Shown one piece after another: positions 9,713 to 19,060 of a stretch of DNA of 64,000 bases. How positions within the stretch are numbered: the stretch's first letter is position 1; the number at the start of each line of letters is the position of its first letter. The stretch is from an uncultured Candidatus Binatia bacterium (GTDB lineage Bacteria > Desulfobacterota > Binatia > UBA9968 > JAJDTQ01): the NCBI GenBank assembly GCA_965215605.1, contig OZ244070.1, positions 672,001-736,000 on the forward strand, written 5' to 3'. The notes under the pieces are model-generated. The model did no database searches, was not told the DNA's origin, and saw only the letters and a list, made by a program, of their open reading frames with translations. The position numbers and the translations under genes were made by a program.

Positions 9713-11212
9713 ATGTTCCGCTTCTCCCCCAATCCCAACAGCGCCCATCGGATCCCTTGGACCGACTGGAGCCCGGCCGCCTTCGACCGCGCCCGCGCCG
9801 AAGGCAAACCGGTGATGCTCTTCCTGGGCGCCTTCTGGTGCGGTATCTGCCAGCGCATGGACGAGACCACCTTCTCCGACACCGAGGTCGTCGCGCTGCT
9901 GAACGCCTACTTCGTCCCGGTGCGGGTGGAGGACGCCCAGCGCCCGGACATCGACGTGCGCTACAACCGCAACGGCTGGCCCACCATCGTGTTCCTGAGC
10001 GCGGAGGGCGACTACCTGGCGAGCGTCAACTACCTTTCACCCCGGGACTTCAGCGACGTGCTCGTGCGGGTCCACGTCGGCTATCAGGAGCGCGCATCTT
10101 CCAGCGCGCCCGGTCCGCCGGCGCCCGCCTCGCCGGCCGCCGACCCGGAGTTGCGACCCGAGGCGGCAAGCGAGATCGCGGGAATCGTCTGGGACCTGGC
10201 CGATCCCGTCCACGGCGGCTACGAAACCGAACGAAAGTTTCCCCACTGCGGGGCCAACGAGCTGCTGTTGCGGCATCATGCGGCCACCGGCGACGCGCGT
10301 TACCTGAACCACGTGCGGCTGACCCTCTACAACATGCGCCTGAGCAAGACCCATGACCCCGAGGGCGGCTTCTTCCGCTACTCATCGAAGCCGGACTGGA
10401 GCGAGCCCCACCACGAGAAGCTGCTGTCCGACCATGCCGGCCTGCTGGACAACGCCCTGCACGTGTTCGAGCTCACCGGCGAAGCCTTCTTCCGGGAGCT
10501 GGCGGAGGAGATCCTGGACTACCTGGACCGGGGCTTCCGCGACGCCGCCGAGCCGTATTTCCACGGCTGCCGCGATTACATCCGCATCACGCCCGGCCGG
10601 GACACCCCTCCGGGGTCCCTGCTCCACGGCAACCGGGGCATGTTCTCCATCACCGATCCCTGGATGTACACCGACGCCAATGCCCGCGCCGTTTCCGCCA
10701 GCCTTCGGGCTGCCCGGACCCTGGGACGGAAGGACTGGAAGGAACGCGCCCTGGAGACGCTGCGATTCCTGCTGGAGCGCTGCTGGGACGACTCCCGCGG
10801 CATGGCCCACTACTTCGACGACGGGCCCCGGTTGCGGGGAGTCCTCACGGACCAGGTCCTCACGGGAAGAGCCCTGGCGGAGGGGTTCGAAGCCACCGGC
10901 GAACGGGTCTTCCTCGACCGCGCCGAAGCGCTGGCGGTGTTCATTCGGACCCGTCTGAACAATCCGGCCGGGGGCTTCTTCGACATCGCGGAGAAAGGGC
11001 CCGCGTTTCTCCAGTATCCCCTGACCCTGGTTGACGGGAACGGCGCCGCGGCGCGTTTCTTCCTGAAGCTCCACGATCTGACGGCGGAGTCGCATCTCCT
11101 CGACGCCGCGCTGTGGGCGTTCAAGTGCTATCACGGCGACTTCACCGACCACGGGGTCCACGCGGCGGAGTATGCCACGGCGCTGGCCGCCTATGCCGAA
11201 GGGGCCATATGA
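9713..11212 (+). CDS. Thioredoxin-domain/(alpha/alpha)6 protein, YyaL/SSP411 (DUF255) family
   Basis: IPWTDW..AFDRARAEGKP, WCGICQRMD, RPDID, GWPT, GGFFRYS, PHHEKLL. Confidence 0.88.
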   Translation: MFRFSPNPNSAHRIPWTDWSPAAFDRARAEGKPVMLFLGAFWCGICQRMDETTFSDTEVVALLNAYFVPVRVEDAQRPDIDVRYNRNGWPTIVFLSAEGDYLASVNYLSPRDFSDVLVRVHVGYQERASSSAPGPPAPASPAADPELRPEAASEIAGIVWDLADPVHGGYETERKFPHCGANELLLRHHAATGDARYLNHVRLTLYNMRLSKTHDPEGGFFRYSSKPDWSEPHHEKLLSDHAGLLDNALHVFELTGEAFFRELAEEILDYLDRGFRDAAEPYFHGCRDYIRITPGRDTPPGSLLHGNRGMFSITDPWMYTDANARAVSASLRAARTLGRKDWKERALETLRFLLERCWDDSRGMAHYFDDGPRLRGVLTDQVLTGRALAEGFEATGERVFLDRAEALAVFIRTRLNNPAGGFFDIAEKGPAFLQYPLTLVDGNGAAARFFLKLHDLTAESHLLDAALWAFKCYHGDFTDHGVHAAEYATALAAYAEGAI

Positions 11213-11276
11213 CGTTTTGCCATTGCCAGGGGAATGTGGAATCATGTGGCCGACTCGGCGAGATTGAGGTGAATCC

Positions 11277-12557
11277 GTGAACCTGACACTGGCGTACCAC
11301 CCGGTGGAGGCCCTCCGTTTCGGCGCATCCACCGGGCTCGACGGCACCACCCTCGACATCGACGTGGATGAGCTTCGCGGGCTGCTGCTCGAGGACGAAG
11401 CGATCGAGGACGTCGCCTTCGAGCGCGTGGCTCCCGGCGAGGACTGCCGCGCCGGACCGGTGTTCGACATCATCGAGCCCCGGGCCAAGGCGGCCGGCTC
11501 CAGCCCCGACTTCCCGGGCATCCTGGGGCCTCCGTTGACCGCCGGCATGGGCACCACCCACGTGCTGTCGGGCATGGCCGTCGCGGTCCTCGACGAGCAC
11601 GCCGCGGGAGGATCGCGGGGCTCCATCGGCCGCGTCCTGGAGATGACCGGACCGGCCGCGGAGGGTTCCTGCTACTCGAAGCTGCACCACCTGGTGGTCA
11701 TCCCGCGCATGGCCCCGGGCAGGGACGGACCGGCGGCCCAGCGGGCGAAGCGGGTGGCCGGTCTCAAGGCTGCCGTCCACCTGGCCCGGGCGGCGGCTTC
11801 GGACGCACCCGCGGAAAGCGTAACCTTCGCCCCGGTGGACCCCGGGCCGCCGGGGCGGCAGGGTCTGCCCCGGGTAGCGTACGTGGGGCAGATCTTCTCC
11901 CGCCAGAGGCGGTCGGAACTGGACGAACCGGTGCTCTACGGCCACAACACCACCGGCATGCTGCCGGTGCTGCTGCATCCGGACGAGTGGCTGGACGGCG
12001 GCGTGGTGACCTCCTACTACACATCCATGGGAGGCGCCGAGACCTACCTCTACCAGAACCATCCCATCATCACCGAGCTCTACCGGAGACACCGCGCGGG
12101 CGAGCTGAACTTCGTCGGCACGGTGGCCAGCATCGCCGGCTCGGACAACACCGACCGCGACCGGAACTGCCGCACCGCCGCCGCCCTGGTGCAATGGGCG
12201 CTGAAGGCCGACGCGGCGGTACTCACCAAGTACGGCGGCGGCGTGCCCCACGCCGACCTGGCGGAGACCGCGCGCTTGCTGGAGTCGGCCGGCATCCGTA
12301 CCTCGGTCATGGTCTCGGACGTGTCGCGGGACCGCCGGGTGGAGTCCGCCCTGCTGTTCAACTTCCCCGAGCTGAACGCCATCGTCTACGGCGGCGGCAA
12401 CGACACCCGGTGGCAGGTGCCGCCGGCCACGCGGGTGATCGCGGCAACGCCGGCCGTGGGCGAACTGTTGGCCGGCGTACGGGAGCTGGGCGCCATGAAC
12501 GTGGCGGGCGTCACCAACCAGCAGGGCGCGTCGCGGCTGCGGGCGGTGGTTTACTAA
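11277..12557 (+). CDS. Glycine/sarcosine/betaine reductase component B subunit (GrdE/GrdG/GrdI-like)
   Basis: DIIEPRAK...FPG, GTTHVLSG, LHPDEWLDG, YQNHPII.ELY..H, LNFVG, AGVTNQQG match the GrdE family layout. Confidence 0.85.
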   Translation: MNLTLAYHPVEALRFGASTGLDGTTLDIDVDELRGLLLEDEAIEDVAFERVAPGEDCRAGPVFDIIEPRAKAAGSSPDFPGILGPPLTAGMGTTHVLSGMAVAVLDEHAAGGSRGSIGRVLEMTGPAAEGSCYSKLHHLVVIPRMAPGRDGPAAQRAKRVAGLKAAVHLARAAASDAPAESVTFAPVDPGPPGRQGLPRVAYVGQIFSRQRRSELDEPVLYGHNTTGMLPVLLHPDEWLDGGVVTSYYTSMGGAETYLYQNHPIITELYRRHRAGELNFVGTVASIAGSDNTDRDRNCRTAAALVQWALKADAAVLTKYGGGVPHADLAETARLLESAGIRTSVMVSDVSRDRRVESALLFNFPELNAIVYGGGNDTRWQVPPATRVIAATPAVGELLAGVRELGAMNVAGVTNQQGASRLRAVVY

Positions 12558-12605
12558 GCGTTACCCGCGGCAGAACCGACACTGCAAGAACGGAGGTCTG
12601 CAACC

Positions 12606-13892
12606 ATGAGGATCGTTCACTACCTCAACCAGTTTTTCGGAGGAATCGGCGGCGAGGAGCAGGCCGGGAGCCCGCCGCGGGAGGTCGAGGGCGCCGTCGG
12701 CCCCGGCCGCCTGCTGGAGCAGACTTTCGGCGAAGAGGCCACCGTCGTCAAAACCGTGGTCTGCGGCGACAACTACGCCGTCGAGCACCAGGACGAGCTG
12801 GTGGTCGCGGTGCTGGATCACGTCCGGGACGCGCAGGCGGACCTGTTCGTGGCAGGGCCGTGTTTCGACGCCGGCCGCTACGGCATGGCGGCGGGCGCCT
12901 TGTGCAGCGCGGTGCAGACGGAGCTCGGCATTCCGGCCGTCACCGCCATGCACGAGGAAAACCCCGGGGTGGACCTCTACCGCGAAGGCCTCTACATCAT
13001 CGACTCCGGAAAGAACGCGGCGAAGATGAAGGAGGTCGTGGGGCGCATGGCCGGACTGGCACGTAAACTGGCAGGGGGAGAGGCCGTCGGCCTGCCCGAA
13101 GAAGAGGGCTACCTGACCCGGGGGCTGATACGGGACCGGTTCGTCGACAAGTCCTCGGCCGAGCGGCTGGTGGACATGGTGCTGGCAAAGGCCCAGGACC
13201 AGCCGTTCGACACCGAGATGCCTGTCACCTCGTTCCAGCCGGTGGCCAAGCCCCGGGGCGTGGACGACATCTCCAAGGCCACGGTGATGCTCATCACTGA
13301 CGGCGGCCTCGTGCCCAAGGGCAACCCGGACAACATCGAGGGCATGGCCGCCACCCGCTGGGGCGCCTACGACATCTCCGGCGACGACGACTTGGCGGGC
13401 GATGACTACGAAATCTCCCACGGCGGCTACGACCCGCGCTTCGTGCAGGCCGACCCCGACCGCCTGGTCCCCCTCGACGCCCTGCGGCAGTTGGAGAGAG
13501 AGGGTGCCGTGGGCAGGATACACGGGGAGTTCCTGTCCACCTCCGGCCTGTCCAACCCCCTTTCCAACACCCGCCGGCTGGGCCGGGAGATGGCCGAGAA
13601 AGTCAAACGCGAGGGGGTCGACGCCGTCATCCTCACCTCCACGTGAGGCACCAGCACTCGCAGCGGCGCTGCGATCACCACCGAGCTGGAAAAGGCCGGC
13701 GTCCCGGTCGTTCAACTGACCTCCGCCCTGCCCATCGCCAAGATGGTGGGCTCCAACCGTGTCGTGTTGGGAACCGGCATCATCCACGTGGCCGGAGACG
13801 CGAACCTGCCGCCCGACGAGGAGAAGGCGCTGCGGCGCAAGCTCGTGGAGGAGGCGCTGGATTCGCTGAAGGCCGAGGGGGGCGCGGACTAA
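12606..13892 (+). CDS. grdB: Glycine/sarcosine/betaine reductase selenoprotein B (GrdB-like), 428 aa with Sec at TGA 13644-13646
   Basis: MRIVHYLNQFFGGIGGEE, CGDNY, AGRYG, HGGYD, PDRLVPLD, VILTST-TGA-GT; GrdB-like sequence (ELEKAGVPVV, VGSNRVV) continues in frame to TAA 13890-13892. Confidence 0.92.
13658..13674 (+). promoter_or_regulatory. Putative bacterial SECIS hairpin
   Basis: TCGCAGC-GGC-GCTGCGA perfect stem with G-containing loop, starting 11 nt after the in-frame TGA. Confidence 0.7.
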
Positions 13893-15079
13893 CCCCCGGC
13901 CGGCTCGAGGCGCGCGAGCACACCCGGCTGCTCGTCGCTCAGAAGGTAGACGTATCCGTTGGGGCCCACCCGGACATCGCGGATCCGGCCGATGACCCCC
14001 TCCAGAATCCGCTCCTCGCGCACCACTCGCTCTCCGTTGAGCTCGAGCCGCGCGAGCAGGCGGAACGCGAGCGCGCCCACCAGCAGGTTGCCGCGCCAGC
14101 CGGGGAACTTGTCACCCTCATAGAACGCCATGCCCGAGGGCGCGATGGATGGCGTCCACTGGTGCAGCGGCTGGGCCATGCCTTCCCTGTGGGTCCCCTC
14201 GCCGATGCGCGTGCCGATCCCGTAGTTCCTGCCGTAGGTGATCACCGGCCAGCCGTAGTTGACCCCGGCCCGGATGATGTTGATCTCGTCACCGCCCTGC
14301 GGGCCGTGCTCATGGGTCCATAGCTCGCCGGTCCGGGGATGGATGGCCGCGCCCTGTATGTTGCGGTTGCCGAGCGTGTGGATTTCGGGCCTGGCGCCGG
14401 ACACGGACAGATAGGGGTTGTCCTTGGGCACGCCGCCATCCTCGGTGAGGCGGATAACGGAACCCGCGTGGTCGCCCGGGTCCTGGGCGCGCGGCCGGCT
14501 GCCCCGGTCCCCCAGGGTCAGGAACACGTGCCCCTTGGCGTCGAACACCACGCGTCCGCCGAAGTGGCGGCCTCCCCACGACTTGGGCAGGGCCCGGAAC
14601 AGGACCTGGACGTCCTTGAGCTGGTGGCCGTCAAGCCGCCCCCTGGCCAGCTCGGTGCCGTAGCCGCCGGTGCCGCTGCCGGCATACGCGAGATAGACCA
14701 GGCGGGTCCGGGAGAAATCCGGATGCAGCGCCACGTCGTGCAGCCCGCCCTGCCGCCTCGCCGCGATGTTTTCGGGAAGACCGGAGATGGGAGCAGGATC
14801 CAGCGTCCCGTCGGCGGCCACGTAACGGAGCCGCCCGGGCCGCTCGGTGACCAGCATCCGCCCGTCGGGCAGGAACGCGAGCGACCAGGGCCGGTCGAGC
14901 CCACGGGTCAGGATACGGACCTGTACGGGGTGCCGCTCCGTCCGTTCCACCATGTCCGCTGCCCCAGCCCCGTACCAGCCGAGGATCAGCACAAGAGCGC
15001 CGGCAACGAGGCGAGGTGACAGGCGTCGGAACCGCGACTGCTGCCGAGTCAGCCTTATACTACCGGTCATCGACATCAC
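13889..15079 (-). CDS. PQQ-dependent sugar dehydrogenase (YliI/Asd-like)
   Basis: PWSLAFLPDG.MLVTERPG, HFGGR, GNRNIQG, HEHGPQGGDEIN, NYGWP, SIAPSG; start uncertain. Confidence 0.92.
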   Translation of the reverse strand: MMSMTGSIRLTRQQSRFRRLSPRLVAGALVLILGWYGAGAADMVERTERHPVQVRILTRGLDRPWSLAFLPDGRMLVTERPGRLRYVAADGTLDPAPISGLPENIAARRQGGLHDVALHPDFSRTRLVYLAYAGSGTGGYGTELARGRLDGHQLKDVQVLFRALPKSWGGRHFGGRVVFDAKGHVFLTLGDRGSRPRAQDPGDHAGSVIRLTEDGGVPKDNPYLSVSGARPEIHTLGNRNIQGAAIHPRTGELWTHEHGPQGGDEINIIRAGVNYGWPVITYGRNYGIGTRIGEGTHREGMAQPLHQWTPSIAPSGMAFYEGDKFPGWRGNLLVGALAFRLLARLELNGERVVREERILEGVIGRIRDVRVGPNGYVYLLSDEQPGVLARLEPAGG

Positions 15080-15194
15080 CTTTCCTGTATTGAAACATCT
15101 TCCGGCGCAACCGCCTCTACGTCATCGAACCGGGCAAAATCGTCGAGGTTCGGGACGCAAACGGCGGGTCCCGTCACTTGGCTACCGGACCATG

Positions 15195-15950
15195 CTACGG
15201 CATGACCATGCCGCCGTTGACGTGCAGCGTGGCGCCGGTGACGTAGTCGCTCTCCTCGCCGGCAAGGAAGAAGATGCCGTCCGCGATCTCCTCGGGCATG
15301 GCGGCACGTCCCATGGGCAGCGTGCCCGACAGGGCGGCCCATTCATCCTCCTCGTACTTGCCCCGCACCCGCTCGGTGCCGGTGAGTCCGGGGGCGATGG
15401 TGTTGACGCGGATGCCGTGGGGGGCCAGTTCGGTGGCCAGGGACTTCGAGAAAGCGATGATGGCGGCCTTGGAGGCGGCATAGTGAGTGCGCTCCGCGCC
15501 GCCCGTGACGCCGAAGTTGGACGCGGTGTTGACGATGGTCCCGCGGCCCGCCTGCTTCATGGGGGCGATGACCGCCTGAGAGCACAGGAACGTGGTCTTG
15601 AGGTTGAGATCGAGGCACTCTTTCCACTGGGCCGAGGTGACGTCCTGGATGGCGCCCTTGTGGAATGTGCCGCCAGCGAGGTTCACGAGGACGTCGATGC
15701 GGCCGCAGGCGGACAGGATGCGCTCGAACGCGGCGGTCACCTCGGACTTCCGGGTAAGATCCGCCTGGATGAACTGGCCTTCCACCTTCCCCGCCTCGAG
15801 CCGCGACAAGGTCGCTGCTCCTGCTTCCGCATCCCGGTCCAGAAGCACGGGCACGTAGCTCTCTTCGCTGAAGCGCAGCACCGTGGCGCGCCCGATGCCG
15901 CTGGCGCCGCCGGTCACGACAACCACCTTGGTTTCCATCGCGCTAAACAT
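15195..15950 (-). CDS. SDR family oxidoreductase (FabG-like)
   Basis: TGGASGIG, YAASK, RVNTIAPG, VNGG. Confidence 0.9.
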   Translation of the reverse strand: MFSAMETKVVVVTGGASGIGRATVLRFSEESYVPVLLDRDAEAGAATLSRLEAGKVEGQFIQADLTRKSEVTAAFERILSACGRIDVLVNLAGGTFHKGAIQDVTSAQWKECLDLNLKTTFLCSQAVIAPMKQAGRGTIVNTASNFGVTGGAERTHYAASKAAIIAFSKSLATELAPHGIRVNTIAPGLTGTERVRGKYEEDEWAALSGTLPMGRAAMPEEIADGIFFLAGEESDYVTGATLHVNGGMVMP

Positions 15951-16170
15951 GTGCCTTGAATCCCTGCCCTACGTGCGCAACAGGCCGCAGAGGCATCATA
16001 AATCGTTGTTTTTCGCTGGGTTATTTTTTGATCCCAAACGTCCCAAAGCCTTGCATCGCCGCCACCGATACTCCTCAGACGCCACCAGTTTGACCCCAGT
16101 CACTTTCAGACACGCTTATGGTGCACATGCCGCCTCAGCCTGTAGGTGTCTTGTGTCAGGAGATGGCGAC

Positions 16171-16310
16171 GTGGCCGAAAACGAGTACCGTAGTCTCTCC
16201 GAACACATTATCGAACGTCTATCGGCGGATGACAAGGACACCGCGTTCTGGGGCCATCGACCGCAAGGTGGCGGAGAGCATCGGGGCGGACATCCTGCGG
16301 GAGGCGCGCG
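16171..16310 (+). pseudogene. Internally deleted tyrosine integrase remnant (extreme N-terminus joined to extreme C-terminus)
   Basis: AGGAGA RBS then GTG-AENEYRSLSEHIIERLSADDKDTAFW (resembles the start of an arm-binding DUF4102 domain); after a frame switch, KVAESIGADIL (resembles an integrase C-terminal tail). Confidence 0.55.
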
Positions 16311-16324
16311 ACCGCGCCCGGCGG

Positions 16325-16618
16325 TCAGGCGGTGGCGAACCTCCTGACCTCGACCGGCTCGCGGTCATGCTGCGCGTGCCAGAGGTCGTACTGCATCTGC
16401 TGGGTCAGCCAGCTCTCGGGGCTGCCGCCGAAGGCCTCCGACAACCGGATGGCCATCTCAGGGGATATGCCGAGGCGGCCATTGAGCAGCAGGGACAGCG
16501 TGTTGCGCGATACCGCGAGCCCCTTCGCGGCCTCGGTCACGGTCAGGCCCAGGGGTTCGAGGCACTGGCGCCGGATGAATGCGCCCGGATGGGGCGGATC
16601 GTGCATGAGCATGGGCAT
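16325..16618 (-). CDS. higA: HigA family antitoxin
   Basis: [44 protein letters not shown]. Confidence 0.93.
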   Translation of the reverse strand: MPMLMHDPPHPGAFIRRQCLEPLGLTVTEAAKGLAVSRNTLSLLLNGRLGISPEMAIRLSEAFGGSPESWLTQQMQYDLWHAQHDREPVEVRRFATA

Positions 16619-16625
16619 TGCCTCC

Positions 16626-16904
16626 CTAGTGATAGTCGAGGTAGTCGACGTCGGCGGCGTGACCTTCGTCAAACCGGAAAATGACCCGCCAGTTGGCGCG
16701 TACCGTCACCGCCCAGAAACCGGCATATTCGCCACCGAGCCGATGAAGCCGGAAACCCGGCAGGTTCATGTCGTCCGGGCTCGCCGACGCGTTGAGGCGC
16801 ACGAGGATGTCGCCTACGGTCTCGCGGTGCTCCGGGTGGATGCGCCGCGCGTCGCCACGCTCCATGAAGCGCCGGAGCGTCCGGCTCCTGAAGTTGCGTA
16901 TCAT
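16626..16904 (-). CDS. higB: HigB family (RelE-like) toxin
   Basis: [36 protein letters not shown], terminal DYH. Confidence 0.93.
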   Translation of the reverse strand: MIRNFRSRTLRRFMERGDARRIHPEHRETVGDILVRLNASASPDDMNLPGFRLHRLGGEYAGFWAVTVRANWRVIFRFDEGHAADVDYLDYH

Positions 16905-16909
16905 GATGG

Positions 16910-16938
16910 AGCGTAATGTGCACTATGGCGCATGTCAA
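16910..16938 (-). promoter_or_regulatory. Sigma70 promoter of higBA, probably leaderless
   Basis: TTGACA-17 nt-TACGCT, with the ATG 5 nt downstream of the -10 box. Confidence 0.7.
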
Positions 16939-17073
16939 CATCGGACGTCCGCCAGGATGTCTGGCCGACTGCGGACGGCGTGATTCATGGCCTGCCGCTC
17001 TCTTCGGTGTGGAGCCGCGGGGGAAACACCAGGCTTAGCCGGTGCATCGTCGGGCAGAACCCGAAATCGTCGC

Positions 17074-17160
17074 TGAGGCGTCCATCTTGCCGCGCAGAAT
17101 GTCCGCCGCCTTCAGGAGGAAGGACTCGAGCTGGGCGAGGGTGATTTTCTCTTGTCTCAT
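17074..17160 (-). pseudogene. hsdM: N-terminal remnant of type I R-M methyltransferase HsdM
   Basis: Translates MRQEKITLAQLESFLLKAADILRGKMDAS, the typical HsdM N-terminal motif, then similarity is lost. Confidence 0.8.
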
Positions 17161-17399
17161 CTTCTGCCCCGTCTCACGCGCACCGGCCGCGGCATTTACG
17201 AAAAAGTCTAAACTCCAGGGACGTGCGCGCGATGGGGGACGTGGTCCTTGTGCTCACTCCGCTTGCGATCCGCGTGCGGCATCATGGCAGCTAGACGGCC
17301 CACCGGAAAGAATACCCCAAAATCAAAAAGTTACGCGTGTTTGAGAGATGCTAGTTCCGATTGATCCCTTCGTTCCAGATTGCATGCGAGGGCGCGGCC

Positions 17400-18149
17400 C
17401 TACATCATGATCGCCCCGCCGTTGACCACCACGGTCTGCCCGGTGACGAACCGCGCCCGGTCGCTGGCGAGAAAGACCGCAGCCTTGGCCATGTCCCGGG
17501 GCTGGCCGATGCGCCCCAACGGGATCCTGGCCGCGTTGGCATAGAGCTCCTCTTCGGTTCTGTGGCCCCGGGGCTGCGCGGTGTCGGAGACCCCTGGACA
17601 GATGCAGTTCACGGCGATGCCCGCGGGCGCCAGCTCCAGTGCCAGGCTCTTGGTGAAGCCGATGATGCCGCCCTTGGTGGCCGCGTAGTGGGCGCCGTTT
17701 CCGGCCCCCTGAAGGCCCCGGCCGGAGGTGATGCTGATGATACGGCCGCTGCGCTGTTGCAGCATCCCCGGCGTCACCGCGCGGCTGCACAGGAACGTCC
17801 CGAACAGGTTGGTGCCGATGACCCGCTCCCATTCGTCCTCGGGCATGTCCTCCACCGTGTTGGTGGGATAGATGCCGGCGTTGTTGACCAGGATGTCGAC
17901 CTGGCCGAAGCGGTCGAGGCAGGCCCGCACCATGGCGTCGACGGAGGCCTCTTGCGAAACGTCGGTGGGGTGGCAAGAGGCCGTACCGCCGCCCTCCTCG
18001 ATCTTCCGCTGCACCGCCCTGGCGTTGTCCTCACGCAATTCCGCTACCATTACCGCGGCACCCTCTTCGGCCATGGCCACGGCGATAGCTTCGCCGATTC
18101 CCTGGCCGCTCCCGGTGACGATGGCCGTCCGCCCTTCGAGTCTACGCAT
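17400..18149 (-). CDS. SDR family oxidoreductase (FabG-like)
   Basis: TGSGQGIG, DILVNNAG, YAATK, VNGG. Confidence 0.92.
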   Translation of the reverse strand: MRRLEGRTAIVTGSGQGIGEAIAVAMAEEGAAVMVAELREDNARAVQRKIEEGGGTASCHPTDVSQEASVDAMVRACLDRFGQVDILVNNAGIYPTNTVEDMPEDEWERVIGTNLFGTFLCSRAVTPGMLQQRSGRIISITSGRGLQGAGNGAHYAATKGGIIGFTKSLALELAPAGIAVNCICPGVSDTAQPRGHRTEEELYANAARIPLGRIGQPRDMAKAAVFLASDRARFVTGQTVVVNGGAIMM

Positions 18150-18247
18150 AGGAATGCTATTTAGAACCTTCGCTCCGCGCTGGCAAGACGGTCCGCGGCA
18201 TGGCCGCGCCCCCGCGACGGCGTTTCATCCGAGGAGAACCGGGAGAA

Positions 18248-19042
18248 ATGAACACGGCAGTGCCCCTCGACATCCGCAACGTCTCGTACGCGGCGGCGCA
18301 GCACACGATTCTCGATTCCATCGACTGGACCGTAGGCCAAGGCGAGCACTGGGTGATCCTGGGGCCCAACGGCTCGGGCAAGACCACTCTGCTGAAGATG
18401 GCCTGCGGCTATCTGTGGCCCAACCAGGGCGGGGCCATCTACCGCAACGGCAGCCGGCGGGTGGACCTGCGGGAGTTGCGCAAGGGTATCGGCTGGGTCA
18501 CGGTCTCCCTCACCTCGCAGATACCGGCCAGGGAACGGGCGCTCCGGACGGTGGTGTCCGGCATGTTCGCCCAGATCGGCCTGCTGGAGATGTCCACCGT
18601 CCATCCAGTTGACGAGGACTTCGCGCGGGCCGAGGCCATCATGGACCGCATGGGGTGCCTGGGGCTCAAGGACCAGGCTTTCGGCACTCTCTCGCAGGGC
18701 GAGCAGCAGAAGGTCCTCATCAGCCGGGCGCTCATGGCCCGTCCCTACCTGATGTTCCTGGACGAGCCTTGTGCGGGGCTGGATCCGGGGGCGAGGGAGA
18801 GCCTGCTGGCGGCGCTCCAGGAGCTGGGGCGCACCACCGACGCCACGGCGCTGGTGTATGTCACCCATCACATCGAGGAGATCCTGCCCGCCTTCGAGAA
18901 GACCCTCGTGCTCAAGGGCGGGAGGGTCTTCCGGTCAGGGGAGACGGCCAAGGTCATTACCGAGACGTTGTTGCAGGAGCTTTACCGGACCCCGCTGGCC
19001 CTGAGACGAAGCAATGGGCGGTACTGGACGGTGGGCGCCTGA
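18248..19042 (+). CDS. ABC transporter ATP-binding protein (ModF/YlmA-like)
   Basis: GPNGSGKT, LSQGEQQK, LDEP, VTHH. Confidence 0.9.
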   Translation: MNTAVPLDIRNVSYAAAQHTILDSIDWTVGQGEHWVILGPNGSGKTTLLKMACGYLWPNQGGAIYRNGSRRVDLRELRKGIGWVTVSLTSQIPARERALRTVVSGMFAQIGLLEMSTVHPVDEDFARAEAIMDRMGCLGLKDQAFGTLSQGEQQKVLISRALMARPYLMFLDEPCAGLDPGARESLLAALQELGRTTDATALVYVTHHIEEILPAFEKTLVLKGGRVFRSGETAKVITETLLQELYRTPLALRRSNGRYWTVGA

Positions 19043-19060
19043 AGAACAAGGGAGGATACC

